Origin: Candidatus Nomurabacteria bacterium
Lineage (GTDB): Bacteria > Patescibacteriota > Minisyncoccia > Phycocordibacterales > UBA918
Assembly: GCA_020632095.1 (NCBI GenBank)
Contig: JACKGF010000002.1
Coordinates: forward strand, 144,502 to 208,501
Direction: 5' to 3'
Length of the DNA stretch: 64,000 bases
Of the stretch, positions 1 through 8,917 are shown piece by piece; within the stretch, counting starts at the first letter, position 1, and each line of letters starts with the position of its first letter. A model generated the notes under the pieces. That model did no database searches, was not told the DNA's origin, and was given only the letters and a program-made list of their open reading frames with translations. The translations under genes were made by a program, and so were the position numbers.

Positions 1-209
1 CGCTTGGTTATTTTAGTCTGAGCTTCAACGGCTGCTTCTGGTGTAAGAGTACCGGCTACAACGGCTGCTTCCAAACTAGCCAACTCACCTTGTAATTCAT
101 CTACCTCCTGGTCCACCACAACGACATATTCGCTTGAATTGTTTAAAAGTAACATTCCGCCAATTAGCACAAGAGCCAATAGGCCCAGCCACATGTAAGT
201 TCTTTTCAT
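1..209 (-). CDS. hypothetical secreted/membrane-anchored protein, C-terminus beyond window edge
   Basis: ATG at 207-209 on minus strand; N-terminal hydrophobic segment MKRTYMWLGLLALVLIGGMLLL; ORF runs off window start. Confidence 0.4.
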   Translation of the reverse strand, partial: MKRTYMWLGLLALVLIGGMLLLNNSSEYVVVVDQEVDELQGELASLEAAVVAGTLTPEAAVEAQTKITK

Positions 210-473
210 AAGTAAATTTGTATTATTAAACACCTCTACGTGCAGTGTACGCGCCGTACTGCACTCTGTCATCAAGCTTTATTCAATCTGATCGAGTATC
301 TAGTGCTGTTTATATAGACGTTCAATTATCTCCAGTCTTACACCCCGTTTTTCTTGAACTTAGGCCGCAGTTGCTTGACAAAATCCAAATACACTGTACA
401 TTTTTGTTAACCAGCAAAGTGCCGGCAGAATTTAGACCCTGGACAGTAAATTAACAAATGAAGGAGTGATGTA

Positions 474-878
474 ATGTTTGAAGTCTTAAGTAAACAAGGG
501 AATTGCTTGACCTTTGTTGACAACAAGGTCCCCGCAAATGTCAGAAATCAGAACGGTTTTTGCGAAATGGCGGATATTGTGAAAAGAATGTACCAAGCTG
601 TCAACCACCCCGGTTACTGGCCAATAAGTAGATCAGTTCCTGGTGACACGCTGAGTTGCTTCCTCTTCGGAAGCTTCTCCAATTTCAAGACCATCCAAGA
701 TGCTTTCAAGCTTTCAAACGTGATAAAAATGTACATAATGGGAGACAGCCCGATTGGAGTAATAATCATCTTCTCCAATAAACAGACAGGATTCAGTACC
801 TACCTGGGTTTTGACTACAATCTGACAACACAAGGAACTACTGCCGGCTTTTTAAACGAAAATCCAGTCGAGTTCTAG
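474..878 (+). CDS. hypothetical protein
   Basis: 134-aa ORF followed by hairpin terminator at 907-936; no recognisable motifs. Confidence 0.4.
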   Translation: MFEVLSKQGNCLTFVDNKVPANVRNQNGFCEMADIVKRMYQAVNHPGYWPISRSVPGDTLSCFLFGSFSNFKTIQDAFKLSNVIKMYIMGDSPIGVIIIFSNKQTGFSTYLGFDYNLTTQGTTAGFLNENPVEF

Positions 879-906
879 ACACCAATTTCATTAACCTAAC
901 CAATTT

Positions 907-936
907 GCCCCGCTTCAAAGCGGGGTTTATCTTTTA
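907..936. terminator. rho-independent terminator-like hairpin between convergent genes
   Basis: GCCCCGCTTCAAAGCGGGG stem-loop followed by TTTATCTTTT. Confidence 0.5.
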
Positions 937-2022
937 CTCAATCCCCGCTTCCCACCAACGCTCTACGGGGAGACTATTGTCCAACAGAAACGTCTGACCG
1001 ATCTTTGGTGTCGCTACATTTACACCCCTTTTCTCTGCTTCCAAAATTGATCTAACGATTGGCTCATACCAAGAATGCAAAGACAAAACATACTTACCCC
1101 AGTGTATCGGCAACATTATCTTTGCCTGCAAAGCTTGAGCCGCCTGAACTGATTCTTCTGGTACCATATGTACATTACTCCAAAGTTTATTATATTGACC
1201 ACTATCAAGCAGAGCGATATCAAAAGGTCCATATTTTTCTCCGATAGTTTTAAAGCCAGAAAAGTATCCAGAGTCACCTCCAAAATAAATCTTCTTGTTC
1301 ATAAATTCTATTACCCATGAACCCCAAAGTGTCTTATTTCGATTAAATAAACCTCTACCGCTAAAGTGCCTAGCTGGGGCAAAGGCTAATTTTAGGTTGG
1401 GCAATATTTTTGCCTCATCGTACCAATCATATTCAAAAATATTATCTCCATTAAATCCCCATTCAAGTAAATGTGACTTCACACCCAACGGAACGTGAAA
1501 CTTTGATTCTTTAAAATGTTTAATGGTATCCATGTCGAGATGATCAAAATGGTCGTGTGACAATAAAACAATATCAATCTTCGGTAAGTCACTTAAATTA
1601 TACTCGTTTTTATACGGAAAAGGTTTGGGACCTAAATACAATGGCGGTATTTTATTTTTATTAAATACTGGGTCGGTCAAAATTGTTAGCCCTTTAGCAG
1701 CGAACAAGGCAGTTGAGTGACCAAACCAGGTCACACTGACGTCTGTTTCAAACAGACTGTCTAAAAAATTCTTGCTAAATTCAGCAGTCGATAGAGGTTT
1801 TTTAGGGTATGAGTTCTTGTCTTTAGAAAACATAAATGCATACAACGATTTTCCCAAAGAATTCTTCTCAGATGTCATTGGCGTTGACACTATATTTTGA
1901 AACCTACCATCTCTAAAATTTGGAGAGTCATACTCAACAGTTGCTCCCCCAGTCTGTGGAGAAAATTTATTGTAAGCCAAAGCAAAGACTATCAACAATA
2001 CAATCGAGAAAAATATAATCAT
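934..2022 (-). CDS. MBL-fold metallo-hydrolase (NAPE-PLD-like Zn-dependent hydrolase), N-terminal TM anchor
   Basis: HxHxDH motif (LLSHDHFDHLD) and further His/Asp ligands; N-terminal hydrophobic helix. Confidence 0.7.
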   Translation of the reverse strand: MIIFFSIVLLIVFALAYNKFSPQTGGATVEYDSPNFRDGRFQNIVSTPMTSEKNSLGKSLYAFMFSKDKNSYPKKPLSTAEFSKNFLDSLFETDVSVTWFGHSTALFAAKGLTILTDPVFNKNKIPPLYLGPKPFPYKNEYNLSDLPKIDIVLLSHDHFDHLDMDTIKHFKESKFHVPLGVKSHLLEWGFNGDNIFEYDWYDEAKILPNLKLAFAPARHFSGRGLFNRNKTLWGSWVIEFMNKKIYFGGDSGYFSGFKTIGEKYGPFDIALLDSGQYNKLWSNVHMVPEESVQAAQALQAKIMLPIHWGKYVLSLHSWYEPIVRSILEAEKRGVNVATPKIGQTFLLDNSLPVERWWEAGIE

Positions 2023-2141
2023 AATAATTTGTATATAAATTTATAATTGCCCAGTCACCACCCCAACCGCCCATAGAGCTTACTACTCCGCAAAAATAGT
2101 TTTAGGTCATTCACAACCCAATACATTTTAGATTAGGCCAC

Positions 2142-2846
2142 CTAATTCTTTGTTCCAGTCAAAATCTTTCTTCTGGTTTCCCGCAGAGCTATTTTAGGTA
2201 AACTTTCTTCATTCTTATTCAAGTATTCTTCAACTTCACTTTTTCTGGTATGTGTCATAGAGCGCAACAACCAGGAAATGGCCTTGGTGATTAATATCTC
2301 CTTCTCCCTTTTCAGTCTCTCGATATTTTCATAAGCCAATTGATGCAATCTATCGTCAGTACTTCTCCAAGTCGGACTAACCAACAAAACTAATGAGGCT
2401 CGTCGTTTATTGATATTAAGATCTTTAGACAATTTAACCAAAAAAGACCTCCATTCATTCCACTTAGCTAGCACCTCATCCGCACCAAAGATATTTTGAC
2501 AAAGCGCATCTACCTCGGCCCAACCAACTAGTTCACCGAGCCACTTATCCAAATCACTAGTCTTCACTAAGGTCCTAACATCTTTTCTATACCCGAGTAA
2601 ATACGAAGCCATGGTTTTTTCTTCATGAGACTGGCCATAATACAAACTATCAACCACCGCCAAAACCTCAACCGTTGAAACTTCGTTATCTTTCAACCAT
2701 TCCTTAATAATCCTCCGTTGAACAGGGACGGAAGTTGAGTAAAATTTATGTTTGCTACCAGTATAACTAAAGCTGTGCTGAGCATGAGACTGGTTCGGCG
2801 ATTGTTTTTTTAATTCTGCTAACAGAGCCTTGTGACCTTTGTTCAT
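2142..2846 (-). CDS. DNA alkylation repair enzyme-like (HEAT-repeat AlkC/AlkD family)
   Basis: about 230 aa helical repeat protein; resemblance to PF08713-type DNA glycosylases by eye only. Confidence 0.45.
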   Translation of the reverse strand: MNKGHKALLAELKKQSPNQSHAQHSFSYTGSKHKFYSTSVPVQRRIIKEWLKDNEVSTVEVLAVVDSLYYGQSHEEKTMASYLLGYRKDVRTLVKTSDLDKWLGELVGWAEVDALCQNIFGADEVLAKWNEWRSFLVKLSKDLNINKRRASLVLLVSPTWRSTDDRLHQLAYENIERLKREKEILITKAISWLLRSMTHTRKSEVEEYLNKNEESLPKIALRETRRKILTGTKN

Positions 2847-2951
2847 AACTAAATTGTATCACTCAAAATTTTATACTAATTTAAATCTTTTTGACGATAA
2901 TTACTAATGCTACTAAATCCGCCATATGTGTGTACACATTACCCAAAATCA

Positions 2952-2980
2952 TTGACAATTCAACATAAATATGATATATT
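2952..2980 (+). promoter_or_regulatory. sigma70-like promoter (TTGACA-17-TATATT) for small ORF
   Basis: TTGACA at 2952-2957, 17-nt spacer, TATATT at 2975-2980; GAGGAGG RBS at 2998-3004. Confidence 0.45.
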
Positions 2981-3011
2981 ATAAATACCCTAAACCTGAG
3001 GAGGAATTGGG

Positions 3012-3137
3012 ATGAAAACATTATTGCATGAGGTCAAAGAGTGGGCAATCTCCATCTTGACGGAGTACGCGGTGTACATGAAAGAACACCCGGCGGAACA
3101 CGAGGAGTTCCACAGGAGCTGGGGGGATTTTGTCTGA
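3012..3137 (+). CDS. small His/Glu-rich protein (41 aa), not in ORF track
   Basis: ATG 7 nt after GAGGAGG; MKTLLHEVKEWAISILTEYAVYMKEHPAEHEEFHRSWGDFV; hairpin plus T-run terminator at 3157-3194. Confidence 0.45.
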   Translation: MKTLLHEVKEWAISILTEYAVYMKEHPAEHEEFHRSWGDFV

Positions 3138-3156
3138 CAAGACCCCCTCTTGCCAA

Positions 3157-3194
3157 AGGGCGCACTATTTTCAAGTGCGCCCCTTTTTATTTGT
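3157..3194 (+). terminator. rho-independent terminator
   Basis: AGGGCGCACT...AGTGCGCCCT stem followed by TTTTTATTT. Confidence 0.55.
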
Positions 3195-3307
3195 TCTAAC
3201 TTAACACCTTTTTGCACCGCTATCAATTCATAAGTATTCTATGTACCAGATAAAACTCAACCAGTTTTTAAGAAATTTATTTATTGTCAAAAAAAGATCC
3301 TATGAAA

Positions 3308-4018
3308 CTAACTTCCTTCAAAATCCTTTATAATTTCTTTTTCATTGCTGGCATCAAGTGACTTTTTAAACCTTACTCCCTGTTTACCTTTTACCCTCGC
3401 TTCGCACTCTTTCCAAGTGGCATGAGTTTGAACCACTCCACCCACCATACTTACATAAGAATAAGCTTTTTGTCCTTGCCGCTTACGTGCATCACTTCTA
3501 TCTTTAGCTTTAGCTTCGTCATAGGAAGTATCGTCAATATTTAATTCATAGGCAGTACTGGTACCATTATACAAAATCACCTTTTTGCCCTCGGCCAAAT
3601 CTGAAGCAATAGTATCAGCCCGTTCATTCCCAATAATCCCAACGTGTCCTGGCACCTTATGCCACTCAATCTCAACCTTACTTAAGAGAGGTAATAGCTC
3701 TTGCCATAATTCTTTGTTTAAAACATCGGTCTCAGCCTTTGTCTTCCAACCATTCTTGGCCCACCCAAAAATCCACCCTTTAGCTCCCTCAACTACGTAC
3801 TTAGAGTCAGTATAAATTGCTACTGGTATCTTTTTAACAAAAACGGCTTTCAGTGCTTCAATCACTGCCTTCAATTCCATTTCATTGTTAGTTGTATGAT
3901 CTTTATACCCTCCCAACTCCAATACCTTATCTTCATAAGAAATAACTACACCAAATCCACCCTTGCCCGGGTTCCCTTTGGCGGCACCATCAGTAAAAAT
4001 TGTTATTTTCTTCTCCAT
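3308..4018 (-). CDS. rnhA: ribonuclease HI with C-terminal hybrid-binding (Cauli_VI-like) domain
   Basis: ITIFTDGAAKGNPGKGGFGVV...NNEMELKAVIEAL, catalytic DEDD pattern; C-terminal about 60 aa AYSYVSMVGG..ATWKECEARVKGKQGVRFKK resembles RNase H HBD. Confidence 0.85.
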   Translation of the reverse strand: MEKKITIFTDGAAKGNPGKGGFGVVISYEDKVLELGGYKDHTTNNEMELKAVIEALKAVFVKKIPVAIYTDSKYVVEGAKGWIFGWAKNGWKTKAETDVLNKELWQELLPLLSKVEIEWHKVPGHVGIIGNERADTIASDLAEGKKVILYNGTSTAYELNIDDTSYDEAKAKDRSDARKRQGQKAYSYVSMVGGVVQTHATWKECEARVKGKQGVRFKKSLDASNEKEIIKDFEGS

Positions 4019-4138
4019 AATTTCACCAGTTTATCATAAATACAATCAATCTATTCAACAACAAAAATTTTTGATTGACTTCGGTAAAATTTGGTATATA
4101 ACAAAAACAGAACCGTGTCTTAACATAGGAGGTGTCCT

Positions 4139-4534
4139 GTGAAAATGTTTGTCAGTTTAGTTATGACTGCACTTCTTTTTGTCTTTCCTGCGAGTGCATA
4201 TTCCTACCAACAATGCATCAAAACAGAAACTACATCCTCATACAATTCTAGCAAAATACTTATGGAAGAGTCACTGAATAATTATGAAATATGTCCTTGG
4301 CAACTGAAAGAAATGCAACGTTTAATTGCAAACCTGAGATATTTTCAGGAAGCAGAAAATGATCAGTTTGTCTCTGTCCTATCATTTCTGATCGGTAAAA
4401 GCTTGATCAGAAACGGTTCAGATGAGGACGTAGCTCGTGGTCAAGAGTATATAAAATACTCTATCGACATCATGCTCAAACACAATCCTTTTCCAAATGA
4501 CATAGTAGGTTACTTAGGAAGTCTAGATAAGTAA
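4139..4534 (+). CDS. hypothetical secreted protein
   Basis: signal-peptide-like N-terminus; promoter TTGATTGACT..TATATA and AGGAGG upstream; terminator 4551-4576. Confidence 0.5.
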   Translation: MKMFVSLVMTALLFVFPASAYSYQQCIKTETTSSYNSSKILMEESLNNYEICPWQLKEMQRLIANLRYFQEAENDQFVSVLSFLIGKSLIRNGSDEDVARGQEYIKYSIDIMLKHNPFPNDIVGYLGSLDK

Positions 4535-4801
4535 CCTTAACCAACCCTTAAACCGCCTCAAAACAAAGGCGGTTTAAACATATCGAATAATTTATCCCCC
4601 AACTAAATTAGTTAAATATATGTTAAGTAAATCAAGAAAGGTAAACTGATTCTATTCCTCAGGCCTCTAATCAAACAAAATTTCAGCCTTACGCCAAAAT
4701 TAATTTTGATTAGACTAAATATTTTAATCACTAAACTGAAAAATAGGTTATTTTAGTATACAATTAATCCCATACTTAATAACCGAGTAACTATAAATAT
4801 T

Positions 4802-5245
4802 ATGAATAAAAATGTACTAATAGGAATAGCTGCCTTTGGAGGACTAGTTTTAATTACTGCCCTTTTACCAGACACACCAACGACAGAAGTCGAAAATACT
4901 CCTACCGAAGAGGTCAATCCGCCAACCCTTCAAAATGAAGTTACCGTCAACTTTCCTACTTATCCAAACGCTACAGTTTCACACTCAAGAGAATCAACTG
5001 GGGATGACGGACGAGTTTTTTATTCCATTAGTCTAACAACGGGAGCATCCATTACTGACATTAATGATTGGTATAGAGAGGCTTTGAGCCAAAACGGCTG
5101 GTCAATCAAAAGTGATAAAAACGTTGCTGGCTACCAAATAATTCAAGCCGAGAAAAACAACTTGTTTACTTCCATGCAAGCCGCTAATGGAGCGGGTGGA
5201 ACAGCAGTTATCAGCCAACAGGCTCAAATAAGACCTAAACTGTAA
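4802..5245 (+). CDS. hypothetical membrane-anchored protein
   Basis: N-terminal TM helix, Thr/Pro-rich linker, globular C-terminus. Confidence 0.5.
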   Translation: MNKNVLIGIAAFGGLVLITALLPDTPTTEVENTPTEEVNPPTLQNEVTVNFPTYPNATVSHSRESTGDDGRVFYSISLTTGASITDINDWYREALSQNGWSIKSDKNVAGYQIIQAEKNNLFTSMQAANGAGGTAVISQQAQIRPKL

Positions 5246-5605
5246 CTGAGCTTTTGACATTTTTTTAAATAAAACATTCAACTCATTCATATAACAGAAA
5301 AGCCGGCACAAACTAAGCCCTAAACCGGCTTTTTATTTAGCCTCTTGGGCTAAATAAATACCCTCGGCCTGAAGTCGGGGGTAATATTCTTTGAAATATA
5401 AATAGAAAAAACCCATCTGAATGATTTTGTTTTTCGTAAGGATGGGGGGAGAGAGAAAAAGAAAAAAGGATGGGTTTGGTGACAGTAAATACTGTCGGAT
5501 TAATGAAAGAGCGTAAGAACTAATTAAGATAATACTACAGTTCTTAAAATCTACAAATTAGTTATCCCCACCCCCATCTTTAGTAGCCTGTGGTTGACGT
5601 TTGCT

Positions 5606-6808
5606 CTACTGATACTGAATATAAATCGGGCTTGGCTGCAAGTCTAGAACCTCGGCTGGAGATAACAAACCCGAACTCGGGGGCTTTAAGTCATTTTTAT
5701 AAAAAAGTTTTATACCAGTAAATTGCACCGGCTCTGGTTCTATCACATGCGAGTAGGTGCCATACTTCAAACTTTTTGATCCCCAGCCATCCATCACCAT
5801 CACTACCTGCACCTCAGGACTAGGCTTGATTCGTGATACGTGAGTAACCATATCTTGAGTAAAACGATGCACTAGTAGCACTTTGGGCGGAAGATGCTTT
5901 TCACGAACAATGGTTGACAAGTATTCAATCACATAATTAATATCTGTCGCATCAAAAGTACCAATCACAGTCCCTGGTTTATTTCCGTACTTCATAGAAA
6001 ACTCTGGATCAATTGCAAAAAATACATCTGGTCGTTCAAGATATTTCTTAAACTTCGGCAATTCAACTTCGACCGTACTGAGCCCTACTTGAATATCAAG
6101 TATCATGACACCATCAATCTCCTTTGCTAAGGCATATGCCTTCTCAATCTCTTTATCAGGCATTACCGCTCGGTACATACCATCTACTCCAGCATCAGCT
6201 TGCGCCACCATCGCTATATATTCAATCGCAGGTAACACCGGTGTGGTCGGATCAGCCTTTTCCCATTTTGCTTTAGTATTGGCCAAGTGAGCCAGCATTT
6301 CCTCAGGCTCTAGTTCACCCAGAATACCCATTTGTCTTGAATAAAAATTACCGTAATAAGCTAAAATCCGTTGAAACGGCAACACTGCTCCCCTGTTTGG
6401 ATACACTGCCGCTGGTGGCCACTTCTCCCCATCAATAGTGACATTTGTACTTGAACTATATCGCAATGCTGAGGTAGTGGCATAAGTGGTAGAAGCTCGT
6501 GTGATAACTGCTCCACTTGGGGTGGTACTAGTACTCATGACAACCTCGGAAACCGGCGGAGTGTAGCCCACCAATGCCAATAGTCGTTTATCATAATCAT
6601 TAGTATCAAGTAGCTCTGGCCAGATAATTTTTGCAACTTCTGGTATTGTGTCTTCTTTGCTATCAGTAGTAGTGGACATATCTGATACCAGTATAGTTTC
6701 ACTCATGTACGTAACCGTACCAAAACTCAAATCTGCCCACACATAACCCACCACCAATATAAGGAGAGCGACCAAAAAACCAATTACATACTTTATTTGA
6801 GCCTGCAC
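5606..6808 (-). CDS. hypothetical membrane-anchored protein (possible TIM-barrel glycoside-hydrolase-like fold)
   Basis: 400-aa ORF with N-terminal TM; alternating beta/alpha pattern (ILDIQVG..FFAIDPEF..LLVHRF..VMVMDGWG); family not assigned. Confidence 0.45.
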   Translation of the reverse strand: MQAQIKYVIGFLVALLILVVGYVWADLSFGTVTYMSETILVSDMSTTTDSKEDTIPEVAKIIWPELLDTNDYDKRLLALVGYTPPVSEVVMSTSTTPSGAVITRASTTYATTSALRYSSSTNVTIDGEKWPPAAVYPNRGAVLPFQRILAYYGNFYSRQMGILGELEPEEMLAHLANTKAKWEKADPTTPVLPAIEYIAMVAQADAGVDGMYRAVMPDKEIEKAYALAKEIDGVMILDIQVGLSTVEVELPKFKKYLERPDVFFAIDPEFSMKYGNKPGTVIGTFDATDINYVIEYLSTIVREKHLPPKVLLVHRFTQDMVTHVSRIKPSPEVQVVMVMDGWGSKSLKYGTYSHVIEPEPVQFTGIKLFYKNDLKPPSSGLLSPAEVLDLQPSPIYIQYQ

Positions 6809-7010
6809 AGTAAAACGATCATATCATATTAAATAGTATTATCTGGCTATCAAGGATGGAGATTGGAGCTTTATGTTTAAATCAACTGAACTTGAAAAAA
6901 CAAACCTAACGTACACTAGGAACTAAATAGCAATATAAAAAGAAAACTGCCCGCAGGACAGTCTCCAACAGGCAGTTTAGGTATCCTTTTAATACCTATC
7001 TATTGTTTAT

Positions 7011-7070
7011 CAAAATATAAAATATTAAAAACACAAACTTACATTTGTGTTTTTAATATTTTATATTTCA
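7011..7070. repeat. 26-bp perfect AT-rich inverted repeat (hairpin)
   Basis: AAAATATAAAATATTAAAAACACAAA / TTTGTGTTTTTAATATTTTATATTTC around a 6-nt loop. Confidence 0.8.
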
Positions 7071-7333
7071 TAATTTCATATACGAATTCCAACTTTGACT
7101 GACTGCCAGTCTAAGGCTATAACGACCAGGACCATCAAAATTGATCTAACATAACATTCCAAATTTTTCGATAACGGCTGACTGCCAGAGAGACTACTTC
7201 TAGGACCACCGTTTTGTATTTGTTATGTACTAGTTAATACTCATCATCTGTAAATTTATTTCACATACAGAAGAGAGAGATTCGTAACAAATACACCATC
7301 ATCAATATATAAAAAGGAACAAAACGTAACTTA

Positions 7334-7921
7334 TTAATTAGAACGTCTTAGATTTAGATACATCACAATTAAAAAGGCAAAAACTATGGCCGATAAAAGT
7401 GGGAATGTCACAAAACCAAATTCATCTATTACTTTGGTCGCACAGTCAGAACTACCATCGACCAAACAGGGCAAAGCGCCATTATGTAGAGCCTCTGTTG
7501 GTATGAGTTGATAAATATACTGATAAGTCGCGACTCCAAAACCAAAAAGAGATAGTGCAATAGTGTATAGAGGAAAGAATACATTTTCCTTAATCCTAAA
7601 AGCGATAGCAACCAGTATAATTTGTGGATATAAGGCAATTCTTTGAAGCCAGCACAATGAGCATGGAACGAAACCAAAGTATTCTGAGTAAGTGAGCGAA
7701 ACCGCCACCCCACCAAAGGTCGTCACAATAATGATTGGCCAAGCAAATTTTCTAAGCCACTGATTAAAATACCTACTTCGATAATAGAAATAATCCACAT
7801 ATAAACCTACCATCAGAACCAACAGTACTAGACCGCCAGCAGCCAGGGAAAAATTTAGATTGCTTAATAAATACATATTTAATTTTATTGTTTTAGACTT
7901 AATGTAAACAGAGATACTCAA
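7334..7921 (-). CDS. disulfide bond formation protein B (DsbB/BdbC family) membrane oxidoreductase
   Basis: polytopic membrane protein with CSLC pair at a TM boundary and a second Cys pair (PCLVDGSSDC) in a later loop, DsbB-like order. Confidence 0.45.
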   Translation of the reverse strand: MSISVYIKSKTIKLNMYLLSNLNFSLAAGGLVLLVLMVGLYVDYFYYRSRYFNQWLRKFAWPIIIVTTFGGVAVSLTYSEYFGFVPCSLCWLQRIALYPQIILVAIAFRIKENVFFPLYTIALSLFGFGVATYQYIYQLIPTEALHNGALPCLVDGSSDCATKVIDEFGFVTFPLLSAIVFAFLIVMYLNLRRSN

Positions 7922-8009
7922 TTAAGACAACTCTTAGGTGTTAATCAACATATTACCCCATATGCAGTGAGTTATCTAATCACCTATTGATATATCTCAT
8001 TACTTACTG

Positions 8010-8501
8010 TTGTATAATACAAAAATGATTGATCTATCAAACTATGATTCTCTACGAAAGGACTCCCACGCTTGGTTTCATGCTCTTAAACCAGTCGAAT
8101 CACCTGTTCTAAATAATTTGATTCATTTTACCTCTGAGGGATTTGAACATATCATATACAAAAGTGCTCGATCAGAAAGAGATAAATCATCCCAGATAAT
8201 GCGCCTAAAATTACTACCTTTAGCAATTAAACTAATAGAAACATCTACCACATTCCAAGAATACGAAGAAACTATAAAACAATTTATAGTGAAACAATGT
8301 AAGAAAAAAGTGCAAATCTCAAAAAGAGTGCAATACTGGGGCATTATCGCTATCATTGAAGGAAGAAAGATAAAAGTAATTATCCGAAAGATCGGGAATG
8401 GCAAACACCATTTCTGGAGTGTTGTCCCTAGCTGGACCACAAATAAATTTAGAGATACTAAATTTGTCTCCACCATGAAGGGCAGCCCAGAAGAAGACTA
8501 A
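8010..8501 (+). CDS. hypothetical protein
   Basis: 163-aa ORF; followed by hairpin CCACCAGGAGGTGGTATTTTTAG. Confidence 0.4.
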   Translation: MYNTKMIDLSNYDSLRKDSHAWFHALKPVESPVLNNLIHFTSEGFEHIIYKSARSERDKSSQIMRLKLLPLAIKLIETSTTFQEYEETIKQFIVKQCKKKVQISKRVQYWGIIAIIEGRKIKVIIRKIGNGKHHFWSVVPSWTTNKFRDTKFVSTMKGSPEED

Positions 8502-8652
8502 AAATACCACCAGGAGGTGGTATTTTTAGGAGTGCTCGCCTTCAGCTTATGTATTAGCCGAATAGGGCTGACGCCCCACAAGCACACTTTCACTATATTC
8601 TCCAATATATACTATGTCAAGACGCTATTATCCCCTATGAGTTAAAGGGGCA

Positions 8653-8760
8653 ACTCCGGAGGTTGGTCCTCCGTGAACCACGCCCCTATCTCGGGAGCTT
8701 ACGACGACAAAAATACCCAGCCTGAAGCTGGGTATTTTTGTCGTAGCTGGCCGTCTCGGG
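8653..8760. repeat. repeat module copy 1: 27-bp hairpin unit A (8653-8679) plus 77-bp hairpin unit B (8684-8760)
   Basis: near-identical copies at 10571-10597 (A') and 11067-11142 (B'); B contains a 16-bp-stem hairpin GACAAAAATACCCAGC/GCTGGGTATTTTTGTC. Confidence 0.8.
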
Positions 8761-8917
8761 CTAGAACCGTCTGATAACCTTACCCTGCTTGACTGAATAG
8801 CTATCTCAAAATTATCTAAATCGACGCGTCTCGTGCGCTATAAAAAGTGACAAAAGTTACACATATTTGCATATGTCACAATGTTACATACCATTGTCAC
8901 TTTTAGTTATTTACTGA

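Noticed and set aside
2990-3226. 78-aa minus-strand ORF from the track
   Set aside because: It is antisense to a 41-codon plus-strand ORF that has a consensus promoter, RBS and terminator. The minus ORF spans that terminator hairpin, so it is likely spurious.
5345-5389. Possibility that the second ori-like motif forms a functional stem-loop
   Set aside because: I could not find a complementary arm that would place TAATATT in a loop. It is kept as a low-interest finding, not a feature.
7429-7716. 95-aa ORF nested inside the DsbB-like gene, and similar nested ORFs (e.g. 3585-3815, 6105-6290, 17896-18383)
   Set aside because: They lie in alternative frames of well-supported longer genes and have no independent signals.
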